In this document: piece after piece, positions 48,533-57,711 of the stretch
How the letters are laid out: the number at the start of each line of letters is the position of its first letter
Numbering within the stretch: position 1 is the first letter of the stretch
From: a virus
Lineage: Duplodnaviria > Heunggongvirae > Uroviricota > Caudoviricetes
Direction: 5' to 3' (one strand)
DNA length: 64,000 nt
IMG/VR virus record: IMGVR_UViG_3300042445_002023
The notes under the pieces: model-generated
The model's database searches: none
Told to the model about the DNA's origin: nothing
The model's input: only the letters and a program-made list of their open reading frames with translations
Program-made: the position numbers and the translations under genes

Positions 48533-50167
48533 ATGAGTAAACACTATTACGAAAGGTCTAAATTTTCTGAATTCCAATCCAATACAACTTATCATCGGTT
48601 ATTAGAAATGACTGATGATGAGTTTATTAGTTGGGCAAAGTTACTACGCATAGAAGTAACTAAACAATGGGATACCGATGGTGTTCCTCCTGTTATCGGA
48701 AAAGATAAGAATGATATAATCGATTCATTCAAAAAGTTAAAAACAAATGATTGTGATTTCCTTCAAAAAGATTTGACGGGAGATGATAACTCATTGGGTA
48801 TTTTACAAAACTTCAATAAAGATGCATCAGCCGTAAATCAATTCTTTCCAACTATGTTGAAAACCAAAATATCAATCGGTAAATCAGCAGAAGGTGGATT
48901 ATCTATTTATGACCATTTCTCAGACCCGAAATTAGAAGATACCTTCGTTCATATAATGAAGAGGGCGGTTAAGAAAGATTCTATGTATTCGTGGTCACGT
49001 TCTATTGTGAATAAGAAAGATGAGAATGAATTTTGGGATGGTGAAACTGGAATTGAATTTATACAAAAAGTACATGAAGGTAAAGTGTTCGTTGGTAAGT
49101 ACGAAAACATAGGTATTGTTCTTGCGAAAGTAAAGGAGGATACCTTAGATAATTATGGTACTATCAATGAACAATATATTGGATTTGGTAATCTATACCT
49201 AACTGCTGAACAAGTACAAGAATGTAAGGATAAGGGATGGTTATCACATACTCAATTATCTAATATTAAAACGATTGAACCATCTACCACTTTAAAAGAT
49301 GGGACGGTTAAAAAGTTTTTCTATCTGATTCGTTGGTATGATAAGACAATTGGTATCTTTCCAAAGATATTACAAGTGTTTCGTTTAAGTTGTGGTCAAC
49401 CTGCAGTGAATTTCCCTGCACTAACTGCTAAGTGGTTATACGAACATTACACTTCACATATTGAACAATCAGACCCCCTACACATTTATGATTCATCAAG
49501 TGGATGGGGTGGCAGAATATTAGGTGCAATGAGTTCTCGTAAGAAAACCCATTACATTGGAACTGACCCGAACCCTGATAACTTTATACCGGAATTAGGT
49601 ATTTCACGTTATGAGTATGTGGCTGATTTCTATAACAAAAATTGTGTAGATGATTACTCAGAAACATTTGGTAAGTTCTTTGAGGTTCAAAAACAATCAA
49701 ACACTTATGAGTTATTTCAAGATGGCTCGGAGTTGATTCAACATAATCCTAAGTTTCAAAAGTATGCAGGTAAATTGGATTTAGCATTCACATCACCCCC
49801 ATATTTTAATAGAGAACAATATTCACAAGATGAGAATCAATCATTCAAAGCATATGGTGAATATGAGGATTGGAGACAAAACTTCTTACGTCCTACTCTA
49901 ACTACCATTTATGATTATCTTAAAAATGATAGATACATTCTATGGAACATAGCCGATATTAAAATTGGTAAGGATACCTATTATGCATTGGAACAAGATT
50001 CTATTGATATTCTAACCGGATTAGGTTGTGAGTATAAAGGTAGATTGAAGATGTTAATGACCCGAATGGTAGGATTAGACCCATCTAAAACCGGTATTAA
50101 AAACGCAGTTAAACACGATGGTAAAGCGTATAAGTTTGAACCCATTTTTGTATTTTACAAACCATAA
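48533..50167 (+). CDS. SPPY-motif methyltransferase-like protein, paralog 3, with an extra N-terminal extension of about 300 aa
   Basis: SSSGWGGRILGAM...HYIGTDP and AFTSPPYFN; C-terminal block YILWNIADI aligns with LAVNIADV in paralogs 1 and 2. Confidence 0.5.
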   Translation: MSKHYYERSKFSEFQSNTTYHRLLEMTDDEFISWAKLLRIEVTKQWDTDGVPPVIGKDKNDIIDSFKKLKTNDCDFLQKDLTGDDNSLGILQNFNKDASAVNQFFPTMLKTKISIGKSAEGGLSIYDHFSDPKLEDTFVHIMKRAVKKDSMYSWSRSIVNKKDENEFWDGETGIEFIQKVHEGKVFVGKYENIGIVLAKVKEDTLDNYGTINEQYIGFGNLYLTAEQVQECKDKGWLSHTQLSNIKTIEPSTTLKDGTVKKFFYLIRWYDKTIGIFPKILQVFRLSCGQPAVNFPALTAKWLYEHYTSHIEQSDPLHIYDSSSGWGGRILGAMSSRKKTHYIGTDPNPDNFIPELGISRYEYVADFYNKNCVDDYSETFGKFFEVQKQSNTYELFQDGSELIQHNPKFQKYAGKLDLAFTSPPYFNREQYSQDENQSFKAYGEYEDWRQNFLRPTLTTIYDYLKNDRYILWNIADIKIGKDTYYALEQDSIDILTGLGCEYKGRLKMLMTRMVGLDPSKTGIKNAVKHDGKAYKFEPIFVFYKP

Positions 50168-50169
50168 TT

Positions 50170-51522
50170 ATGATTAATATAGTATCAAGAGAACCTCAAT
50201 TATTTTCCTTATTCGGTAAATCTAAATTTAAACAATTAGAACTAACACCGGAGTATAAAGTACTCAATCTTACGCATGAAGGTGAGGAATTTCAGATTAA
50301 GTTATTTAGTGATTTCGATGAAAATAATATTGTGTGGATGACACGCGATGATAGAGGTCAGGAAATTACAAATCATAATTTCTTTGCTACTAATCAAGAT
50401 TCCATTTTTATTAACCCACCTGAAAATGCAACTTTCATTTTAGATAGATGGCAATTTGTAGGGGTATGGGTTAAACTATTTAGAGTGTTTGGTATTGGGT
50501 TTGTAAAACAACTTGAAAAAGTATATAAGGAACGTAATTGTAGAATAGCGTTTGGATTATCATATTTTGAACCTTGTGATTATGAAGCAGACCACTATGT
50601 GGGATGTATTAATGATTACGATTTTGATTATATCAAAATGGCTGATTATCCATTATTTGAAGGATTGAAAAATACTAAGGTAAATACATTCAATTCACTT
50701 TGGAATTACATTTATGATATTCTTGCATTTGAGGTATCACCAAATAACTGGCAACAAATCCTAAATGGTGAAGAAACGTTTTACGATTGGTTACATAGAT
50801 TGGTAGAACCAATTAAAGATAGGGAAAAAGTATTTGGAATGTTGGGTGGTAAACCACGTTATCATAGATTATATTTTATTAATAACATTATAGAAAATGG
50901 GTTGATTGATAAGGGATATGTAACTATGAATAAGTTCTTTTTCAAAGAATATTCAGAAATGGTAAGAACTAAAAATCCAAATACTGATGGAACTAATTTA
51001 ATCAAATCCGAAGTATACAAGTATTGGAATAGTGATTTTTATAAACCAATATCACACTACGATAAGATTTACGACCCATTAGGAGAGCATAAACGATTTG
51101 AATATTCAACTGAAAATATTGTCAATAAAGATTACAACAAAAGTTATATTGAAGTGGTGGGTGAAACTCATATACTATTTAATAAATTATTTGATTTTTG
51201 GTCTGAAAAAACATATCATGGATTATTCTTTGAAAAATTATATATTTCAGTAGGTTCAAATAAATTTTATAGAGAATTTGAGAAATTGGGAGGCCATACC
51301 TTTATAAAAGAATTGGGAATCAATCCTTTATTTTTAGAAACTGAAGACCCGATTAAACAAATGGATTATGTAATTGAAGCATTAGGGAATATATCACTGG
51401 AAGATGCTAAAAGAATTTATTTAGAAAATTTACCTAAAATTAAACATAATAAGAAATTAATTTTAGATTGGATTTATAATGAAATGAATTATTTTAGAGA
51501 GTTTATCCTTATTAAGAAATAA
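50170..51522 (+). CDS. hypothetical protein (450 aa)
   Basis: Starts 3 nt after the paralog 3 stop; no motif. Confidence 0.45.
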   Translation: MINIVSREPQLFSLFGKSKFKQLELTPEYKVLNLTHEGEEFQIKLFSDFDENNIVWMTRDDRGQEITNHNFFATNQDSIFINPPENATFILDRWQFVGVWVKLFRVFGIGFVKQLEKVYKERNCRIAFGLSYFEPCDYEADHYVGCINDYDFDYIKMADYPLFEGLKNTKVNTFNSLWNYIYDILAFEVSPNNWQQILNGEETFYDWLHRLVEPIKDREKVFGMLGGKPRYHRLYFINNIIENGLIDKGYVTMNKFFFKEYSEMVRTKNPNTDGTNLIKSEVYKYWNSDFYKPISHYDKIYDPLGEHKRFEYSTENIVNKDYNKSYIEVVGETHILFNKLFDFWSEKTYHGLFFEKLYISVGSNKFYREFEKLGGHTFIKELGINPLFLETEDPIKQMDYVIEALGNISLEDAKRIYLENLPKIKHNKKLILDWIYNEMNYFREFILIKK

Positions 51523-51543
51523 AACAAATAATATTTATACATA

Positions 51544-52131
51544 ATGACATCGAAAGAATACGTTATATGGCTTAAAGGTTTTGTAGAAGCCTGCCACGAA
51601 TACGCACCAACTCCAAAACAATGGGATGCGTTAAAAGATAAATTGGTAGAGGTTAAGGATGAAGAACCAATAGGATTTCCGTTTGGAGTTCCTAATACTG
51701 CACCAATACAAACATTACCATTTATCCAACCATATAACCCATATAACCCATATCAAATAAATTGTGGTAGTGGTTCATCTGGAACAATAACAACAACACC
51801 TGGTCAAAGTTCTATTACATACGCAACACCACAATTTGTAACATCAACTCCATCAGCAACTGCATATGGGTATCCAAGTGGGAGTACAATGAGTTATACT
51901 AATTCAACATGGAAACCGGAACACGGCCCAAATTCTCCAACTATACAAAATATAAACAAATCATTAGGCGAATCATTAGAGGAATTAGAAAATGATTTCT
52001 TTGGTGCAATTGATGATGGTGGTTGGACACCTGAATTGGAGCAACAATTTTGGTCTGAACAACCTCCTGAACCATTTGCAACACCTGAGGAATTAGCAAA
52101 ATATAATACGGATACAACACAAAATAAATAA
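51544..52131 (+). CDS. hypothetical protein (195 aa) with an acidic C-terminus; possible clamp-loader small subunit
   Basis: Lies directly upstream of the clamp loader; low-complexity PYNPYNPYQ segment; assignment is speculative. Confidence 0.3.
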   Translation: MTSKEYVIWLKGFVEACHEYAPTPKQWDALKDKLVEVKDEEPIGFPFGVPNTAPIQTLPFIQPYNPYNPYQINCGSGSSGTITTTPGQSSITYATPQFVTSTPSATAYGYPSGSTMSYTNSTWKPEHGPNSPTIQNINKSLGESLEELENDFFGAIDDGGWTPELEQQFWSEQPPEPFATPEELAKYNTDTTQNK

Positions 52132-52132
52132 T

Positions 52133-53080
52133 ATGGCATTTTTCGAAGAAAATATAAAAGAAGAAACCCCCAACACACTTTGGGTTGAAAAATATCGTCC
52201 TAAGAAATTAGAGGATTATGTTGGCAATGACCATTTAAAACAAAAGATTCGCGATTATATTGAAAGTGGAGATGTCCCACATTTACTTTTATTTGGTAAA
52301 GCGGGAACAGGTAAAACCACTCTTGCAAAGTTGATTGTTAATTCAATCAATTGTGATTTTATGATACTAAACGCATCTGATGAAAACAATGTGGATACTG
52401 TCCGTAATAAAGTAAAATCATTTGCATCTACAATTGGGTTTAAAGATATAAAAATTGTTATCTTAGATGAGTTTGATTATATGACTCCTCAGGCTCAAGC
52501 AATCCTTAGAAATCTAATGGAAACATTTAGTAAACATTGTCGATTCATTTTGACTTGTAACTATGTGGAGAAAATCATTGACCCGATACAAAGTAGATGC
52601 CAAACCTTTCAGATTATACCACCCACTAAAAAAGATGTGGCAGTACAAATTAGTAAAATATTAACAGAGGAACGAATCCAATTTGAATTAAAAGAATTAG
52701 TTCCAATAGTAGATTCATCATATCCAGATATTCGTAAAATTATTAATACCTGTCAACTTAATTCCTCAAAGGGAATATTAAAAATTGATAGTAGTAGTAT
52801 ATCTGATGCAGATGTTAGAGTAAAAATTATAGATATTCTTAAATCAAAGGATGATAAGAGAAATCGTTATGTAAATCTAAGACAAGCAGTTGCAGATTCT
52901 CGTATACAAGATTTTACTGAATTATACACCCATCTTTACGAAAAGGTAAACGATTATGCAGTGGGTAATACTTCTGCCGTAATTATGATTCTCGCACAAG
53001 GACAATACAAAGATGCTATGATTGTAGATAAGGAGATTTGTTTTATGGCAACTCTTATCGAAATAAACGATGTGATATGA
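52133..53080 (+). CDS. clamp loader AAA+ ATPase subunit (gp44/RFC-like)
   Basis: Walker A (LLFGKAGTGKTTLAKL), Walker B (VILDEFD), SRC-like motif (QSRCQTF). Confidence 0.7.
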   Translation: MAFFEENIKEETPNTLWVEKYRPKKLEDYVGNDHLKQKIRDYIESGDVPHLLLFGKAGTGKTTLAKLIVNSINCDFMILNASDENNVDTVRNKVKSFASTIGFKDIKIVILDEFDYMTPQAQAILRNLMETFSKHCRFILTCNYVEKIIDPIQSRCQTFQIIPPTKKDVAVQISKILTEERIQFELKELVPIVDSSYPDIRKIINTCQLNSSKGILKIDSSSISDADVRVKIIDILKSKDDKRNRYVNLRQAVADSRIQDFTELYTHLYEKVNDYAVGNTSAVIMILAQGQYKDAMIVDKEICFMATLIEINDVI

Positions 53081-53391
53081 TAGAGTTGGTTAATGATAAT
53101 CTTAAAGAAATTATTAATAACCATTCTAAGGTATTCATAATGTTCTACGCAGATTGGTGTCCTGATTGTGCAAAGATAAAACCTCACTTTGAAAGATTAT
53201 CTACATATTATGAAAATATATCATTTGTGTATATCAATGCAGATGAATCACCAAAGAGTAGGAGCATTATCAATTTAACGAATATACCTACGTTTCTAGG
53301 AGTCTTTGAGGGAAATATAGTAGAAACACCCCTAATAGGAAGTAAACCTGAAAAAATCGAAGAATACCTTCAAAAAATAGTATCCTTATAA
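53077..53391 (+). CDS. thioredoxin-fold protein
   Basis: WCPDC CxxC motif; start taken at the ATG that overlaps the upstream stop (ATGA). Confidence 0.55.
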   Translation: MIELVNDNLKEIINNHSKVFIMFYADWCPDCAKIKPHFERLSTYYENISFVYINADESPKSRSIINLTNIPTFLGVFEGNIVETPLIGSKPEKIEEYLQKIVSL

Positions 53392-53441
53392 TTTGGTAAT
53401 ACGGATATATTTTCGTATATTTAAGGATAAATACGGATATA

Positions 53442-53651
53442 ATGATAACATACGACCCTAAAAACCCACTAACTGACGATGATTTAAAGAAATTATCAGA
53501 GGATGATTTTTTCTCTTATTTAGACCAACTAGCCTTACATAAGCGTAAAGATAAAAAAGTAGTAGGTGAGTGGAAAAAGAAAGGCCACGAAGTTCTTAGA
53601 AAAAGTGGTGTAACTAAGTTAAAGACCAATAGAGGACAATGGTTCGATTAA
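53442..53651 (+). CDS. hypothetical protein (69 aa)
   Basis: Preceded by a long early motif with an internal direct repeat. Confidence 0.4.
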   Translation: MITYDPKNPLTDDDLKKLSEDDFFSYLDQLALHKRKDKKVVGEWKKKGHEVLRKSGVTKLKTNRGQWFD

Positions 53652-53671
53652 TAAATTAAACAAAAAAAAAT

Positions 53672-53980
53672 ATGTCAACAGAAGTACAATTAGCAAAACC
53701 ATTAGGAGATAGAGTCCTAATTAAAGTAGAGTCAGGAGAAAAAAAGATTGGTGGAATCATCATACCAGACACTGTTCAAGATGGTGATAACAAATTTGGT
53801 ATAATTGTTTCAGTAGGGAATGGTATTTATACCCAAAATGGAGCTAAAATTCCAATGGAAGTATCAGTAGGTGATAAAGTATTATTACCGCATGGTGGAA
53901 TGAATATTCAAAAAATTAAATTAGATGATACTGAATATTTCTTATGTAGAGAAATGGATTTATTAATGGTTATAAAATAA
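53672..53980 (+). CDS. groES: co-chaperonin GroES (Cpn10) homolog
   Basis: LAKPLGDRVLIKVESGEKKIGGIIIPDTVQD...GIIVSVGNG matches the GroES consensus along its length. Confidence 0.7.
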   Translation: MSTEVQLAKPLGDRVLIKVESGEKKIGGIIIPDTVQDGDNKFGIIVSVGNGIYTQNGAKIPMEVSVGDKVLLPHGGMNIQKIKLDDTEYFLCREMDLLMVIK

Positions 53981-53986
53981 AATAAT

Positions 53987-54253
53987 ATGGCACAAATTTT
54001 AGGAGCAGGTGGTCAACCAATTGGTGGACAAAATGATGAAGTTGAAATCCCATTAGAAAAAACAACATCAATCGCATGTAACAAATGTGGTGGTGAAGTT
54101 TTTGTACAAGGATTTGGATTTAGAAAAATATCTAAGTTATTAACAGGTAAACCAAAGGATGAAGTTCTACCAGTAGAATTATTTCTATGTGGTGAATGTG
54201 GCGAGGTACTTAATGAAGTACTACCTCCTGGTTTAAAAGTAGAACAAGAATAA
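53987..54253 (+). CDS. zinc-ribbon protein (88 aa)
   Basis: CNKCGG ... CGECG. Confidence 0.45.
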   Translation: MAQILGAGGQPIGGQNDEVEIPLEKTTSIACNKCGGEVFVQGFGFRKISKLLTGKPKDEVLPVELFLCGECGEVLNEVLPPGLKVEQE

Positions 54254-54702
54254 TGGCGAAATCACTATTCGACCATATAAAGGCAATTACAACCGAACAA
54301 GACCCAAAATATTGGGATAAGTTGGATGATGCTGATAAAAAGACTTGGTCTAATTATATGGTACATCGTTTCATCTCAATGAATCCAGATTGGATATCTG
54401 TTATTTCAGAGATACAACCTTATACTGAAATATTAGAACCCAAACAATTATATCTAGCACTAATTGGTATTATCCCAAAAGGGAAATATTACCTTAGATA
54501 TGTAAAAGGTAAGAAAGAAGATACCTACGAAAAATGGTTAGTTGAATTGGTTGCAAAGGATTATCAATGTTCTACAAAACAGGCTGAAGAGTATTTAGAA
54601 ATCTTATATTCAACAAAAGAAGGTAGGGAACATATTAAGTATACCTGTGAGAGATATGCAATCGAACCAAAAGAAATTACAAAATTAAAATTAAAAATAT
54701 AG
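54253..54702 (+). CDS. hypothetical protein (149 aa)
   Basis: ORF only. Confidence 0.4.
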   Translation: MAKSLFDHIKAITTEQDPKYWDKLDDADKKTWSNYMVHRFISMNPDWISVISEIQPYTEILEPKQLYLALIGIIPKGKYYLRYVKGKKEDTYEKWLVELVAKDYQCSTKQAEEYLEILYSTKEGREHIKYTCERYAIEPKEITKLKLKI

Positions 54703-54733
54703 TTGGTAATATCGAATAATTTTCGTATCTTTA
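54703..54733 (+). promoter_or_regulatory. early/middle promoter-like motif: TTGGTAATATCGAATAATTTTCGTATCTTTA
   Basis: Same motif family; upstream of the PD-(D/E)XK nuclease. Confidence 0.45.
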
Positions 54734-54752
54734 TAGTATAAAAAAACAAATA

Positions 54753-55610
54753 ATGGCAAGAGTAAGTTATAGTCAATATGGAATGTGGACAAGTTGTCAA
54801 CAACAATTCAAACTAAGTTATATAGATAAATTAGGTGAATCATCTGCAAACATCCATACAATCTTTGGTTCGGCAATGCACGAAACCATTCAACATTTTC
54901 TTTCCGTTATGTATGGGGTATCCAAAAAACAGGCACTTCTATTAGATGTAGAGGGTATGTTAAAGGAAAAGTTAGTAGAACATTTTACTACTGAAAAGGC
55001 TAAAATGACTGAAGGTACTCCATGTACTCAAATTGAATTAGAGGAATTCTTTGGCGATGGTAGACAAATTCTACATTATTTTAAAACTAAGTTAGATAAA
55101 CTTTATACTAAAAGTGGGTTTGAATTAGTTTCAATTGAGTTACCCCTAAACGCAGAAGTAAGACCGGGGGTTAATTTTGTTGGGTTTATTGATATTGTAT
55201 TGAAGGAAGTATCAAGTGGTAAAATTATTATCATTGATTTAAAAACATCAACACGAGGTTGGAATCAATATCAAAAAGCAGATAAGGTTAAAACATCTCA
55301 GATGCTTCTATATAAGAAGTTTTATTCAGAAAAGTATAATGTTCCATTAGATAAGATTGAGGTTGAATACCAAATCCTAAAAAGAAAGGTATCAGATACG
55401 ACTGAATTCACAATACCACGTATATCTAAGTTTGTTCCAGCCAATGGAAAACCCTCAGTCAATGCAGCTTGGAAAGGATTTATGGAGTTTGTTGACTCCG
55501 TATATAATGAAGAAGGTGTAGTAAAACAAGTTGATTTCCCTACCAATAAATCAAAATCTTGTGATTGGTGTGAATTCAAAACCCGAAAAATTTGTCCTAT
55601 TTGGTCATAA
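54753..55610 (+). CDS. PD-(D/E)XK nuclease, Cas4/RecB-like, with a C-terminal Cys cluster
   Basis: FVGFIDIVL...IIIDLKTS core and the C-terminal cluster CDWCEFKTRKICP. Confidence 0.55.
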   Translation: MARVSYSQYGMWTSCQQQFKLSYIDKLGESSANIHTIFGSAMHETIQHFLSVMYGVSKKQALLLDVEGMLKEKLVEHFTTEKAKMTEGTPCTQIELEEFFGDGRQILHYFKTKLDKLYTKSGFELVSIELPLNAEVRPGVNFVGFIDIVLKEVSSGKIIIIDLKTSTRGWNQYQKADKVKTSQMLLYKKFYSEKYNVPLDKIEVEYQILKRKVSDTTEFTIPRISKFVPANGKPSVNAAWKGFMEFVDSVYNEEGVVKQVDFPTNKSKSCDWCEFKTRKICPIWS

Positions 55611-55627
55611 ATTTTATCTTTTTTATA

Positions 55628-55660
55628 TTTGTATATATTTATATACATAACAAAAAAAAG
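55628..55660 (+). promoter_or_regulatory. late-type promoter-like motif: TTTGTATATATTTATATACATAACAAAAAAAAG
   Basis: Same family as 6083; precedes the glycosyltransferase cluster. Confidence 0.5.
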
Positions 55661-55667
55661 GAGAGTT

Positions 55668-55862
55668 ATGACAAATACAAAACTGACTACGGTCAAAATC
55701 GTAAAAGATGTTTATTCAAAATTCAAACAATTATCGTTTGAATCAAACATCACACTACAAAAATTAGTTAATCGTTCTTTAAACAAATACATTGAAGACG
55801 AAACATTTAGAACTCAGATTAATGAGTATTCAGAATTACACGCAAGTGGTTCACAATTTTAA
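55668..55862 (+). CDS. hypothetical small protein (64 aa)
   Basis: AAGGAG site; preceded by the late-type motif. Confidence 0.4.
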   Translation: MTNTKLTTVKIVKDVYSKFKQLSFESNITLQKLVNRSLNKYIEDETFRTQINEYSELHASGSQF

Positions 55863-55879
55863 TTTTTAATTTTAAGTAA

Positions 55880-57274
55880 ATGACAGAAGTAAGAAAGAAA
55901 AAGAAAATTCTTTTATTATCCGATGATTTCAGAATGTCCTCTGGTATAGCAACTGTATCAAAAGAATTAATTTTTGGTACATTGGATAAGTACGATTGGA
56001 TACAATTAGGTGCAGCAGTAGAACATCCTGAAAAAGGTAGAGAAATTGATTTAGGTGATGATGCTAGAAAAATTAGTGGTGTATTTGATGCTTCAGTTAA
56101 AATCGTTCCGTGGAGTGGTTATGGTGATGCTGATATTTTACGCGAGTTAATAATGAGACATCAACCTGATGCAATCCTACACTTTACCGACCCTCGTTAT
56201 TGGAGATGGTTGTATGATATGGAAGCAGAATTACGTGAAAACGTACCTATTTTCTTTTATCATATTTGGGATGATTTACCAGACCCTCAATATAATAGAG
56301 ATTATTATGAGAGTTGTGATTGGTTAGGATGTATTTCTAAACAAACATATGGTATTGTACGAAGAGTAGGACAAAGAACTGATTCACCAACATTCAAACC
56401 CCTTGAAGATTGGCAAGTATCATATGTACCGCATGGTATTAACTCAAATACCTTCAAACCTGCTGAAGTACCTGATGAATTCCGTAAAAGAGTATTAGGT
56501 GATAAAGATTATAAATTTGTCCTATTTTGGATGAATCGTAATATCAAACGAAAACAACCATCCGATGTCATTTGGGCATATAAACGCTTTGTAGATTCTT
56601 TACCAATTGAAGATAGAGATAAGACTTGCCTAATTATGCATACCCAAGCGGTTGACCAAAACGGAACGGATTTGTTTAAAGTAAAGGAAACCATTTGTCC
56701 TGATTACGAAGTTAAGTTCTCAGAAACTAGAATTTCACAAGAGGAATTAAATTGGTATTATAACTTATCAGATGTTACTATTAACATTGCAGGTAACGAA
56801 GGATTTGGATTAACAACTGCAGAATCAGTAATGGCCGGAACTCCTATTATTGTAAACGTTACGGGTGGATTACAAGACCAATGTGCATTTACATTAGATG
56901 GTAAAGAATTAACGGCAGAAGATTATGTGAAAATCGGTTCGGTACATGATTGGAGAGTATGGGCAGATAAGTTAGGACATGGAGAATGGGTTAACCCAGT
57001 ATTCAGTAAAGTTCAAACACTTGTAGGTTCAGTTCCAACGCCATATATTATTGATGATAAGGTTGATATTTACGAAGTTGCTGATGCAATGAAGTATTGG
57101 TATGATATTCCTAAGAAAGACCGTAAAAAGAGAGGTTTAGCGGGCAGGGAATGGATGTTAAACGAAGGTGGATTAAATCATACAAATATGTGTAAAACTC
57201 TTTCTGATGGTATGGAAACAGCTTTCCAAAATTGGAGACCTAAAGATAGATTTGGATTATATAAATTAAAATAA
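55880..57274 (+). CDS. glycosyltransferase, GT-B fold, family 4-like
   Basis: E-x7-E region NEGFGLTTAESVMAGTPIIV. Confidence 0.6.
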   Translation: MTEVRKKKKILLLSDDFRMSSGIATVSKELIFGTLDKYDWIQLGAAVEHPEKGREIDLGDDARKISGVFDASVKIVPWSGYGDADILRELIMRHQPDAILHFTDPRYWRWLYDMEAELRENVPIFFYHIWDDLPDPQYNRDYYESCDWLGCISKQTYGIVRRVGQRTDSPTFKPLEDWQVSYVPHGINSNTFKPAEVPDEFRKRVLGDKDYKFVLFWMNRNIKRKQPSDVIWAYKRFVDSLPIEDRDKTCLIMHTQAVDQNGTDLFKVKETICPDYEVKFSETRISQEELNWYYNLSDVTINIAGNEGFGLTTAESVMAGTPIIVNVTGGLQDQCAFTLDGKELTAEDYVKIGSVHDWRVWADKLGHGEWVNPVFSKVQTLVGSVPTPYIIDDKVDIYEVADAMKYWYDIPKKDRKKRGLAGREWMLNEGGLNHTNMCKTLSDGMETAFQNWRPKDRFGLYKLK

Positions 57275-57275
57275 T

Positions 57276-57701
57276 ATGAAAGTTAATATAAAAAGGTTAC
57301 AAGAAAATGCAATACTCCCATTTTACGCAAAAGAAAGTGATGCGGGCATGGATTTGGTAGCAACATCAATTAAAGAGAATACTACATTTCAAATAACATA
57401 CGGATTGGGTATAGCATTAGAAATACCAGATGGGTTTATGGGTTTAATTTTCCCGCGTTCATCTATTAGAAATACGGAACTTATTTTAAGCAATTCAGTT
57501 GGAGTAGTTGATGCTGGATATAGAGGAGAACTTCAAGCAACATTCGTTAAATCTAATGGACTTGATTCCCTAGCATATAAAGTGGGAGATAGAGTGTGTC
57601 AACTTATAATCATACCACACCCAATCGTAGAATGGACAGAAGTAAATGAATTAAATAATACCGAAAGAGGAGCCGGAGGTTTCGGTTCAACAGGAAAATA
57701 A
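57276..57701 (+). CDS. dut: dUTP pyrophosphatase (dUTPase)
   Basis: Contains the five conserved dUTPase sequence blocks (AGMDLVA, PRSSI, GVVDAGYRGE, RGAGGFGSTGK). Confidence 0.75.
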   Translation: MKVNIKRLQENAILPFYAKESDAGMDLVATSIKENTTFQITYGLGIALEIPDGFMGLIFPRSSIRNTELILSNSVGVVDAGYRGELQATFVKSNGLDSLAYKVGDRVCQLIIIPHPIVEWTEVNELNNTERGAGGFGSTGK

Positions 57702-57711
57702 AAAATAAAAT

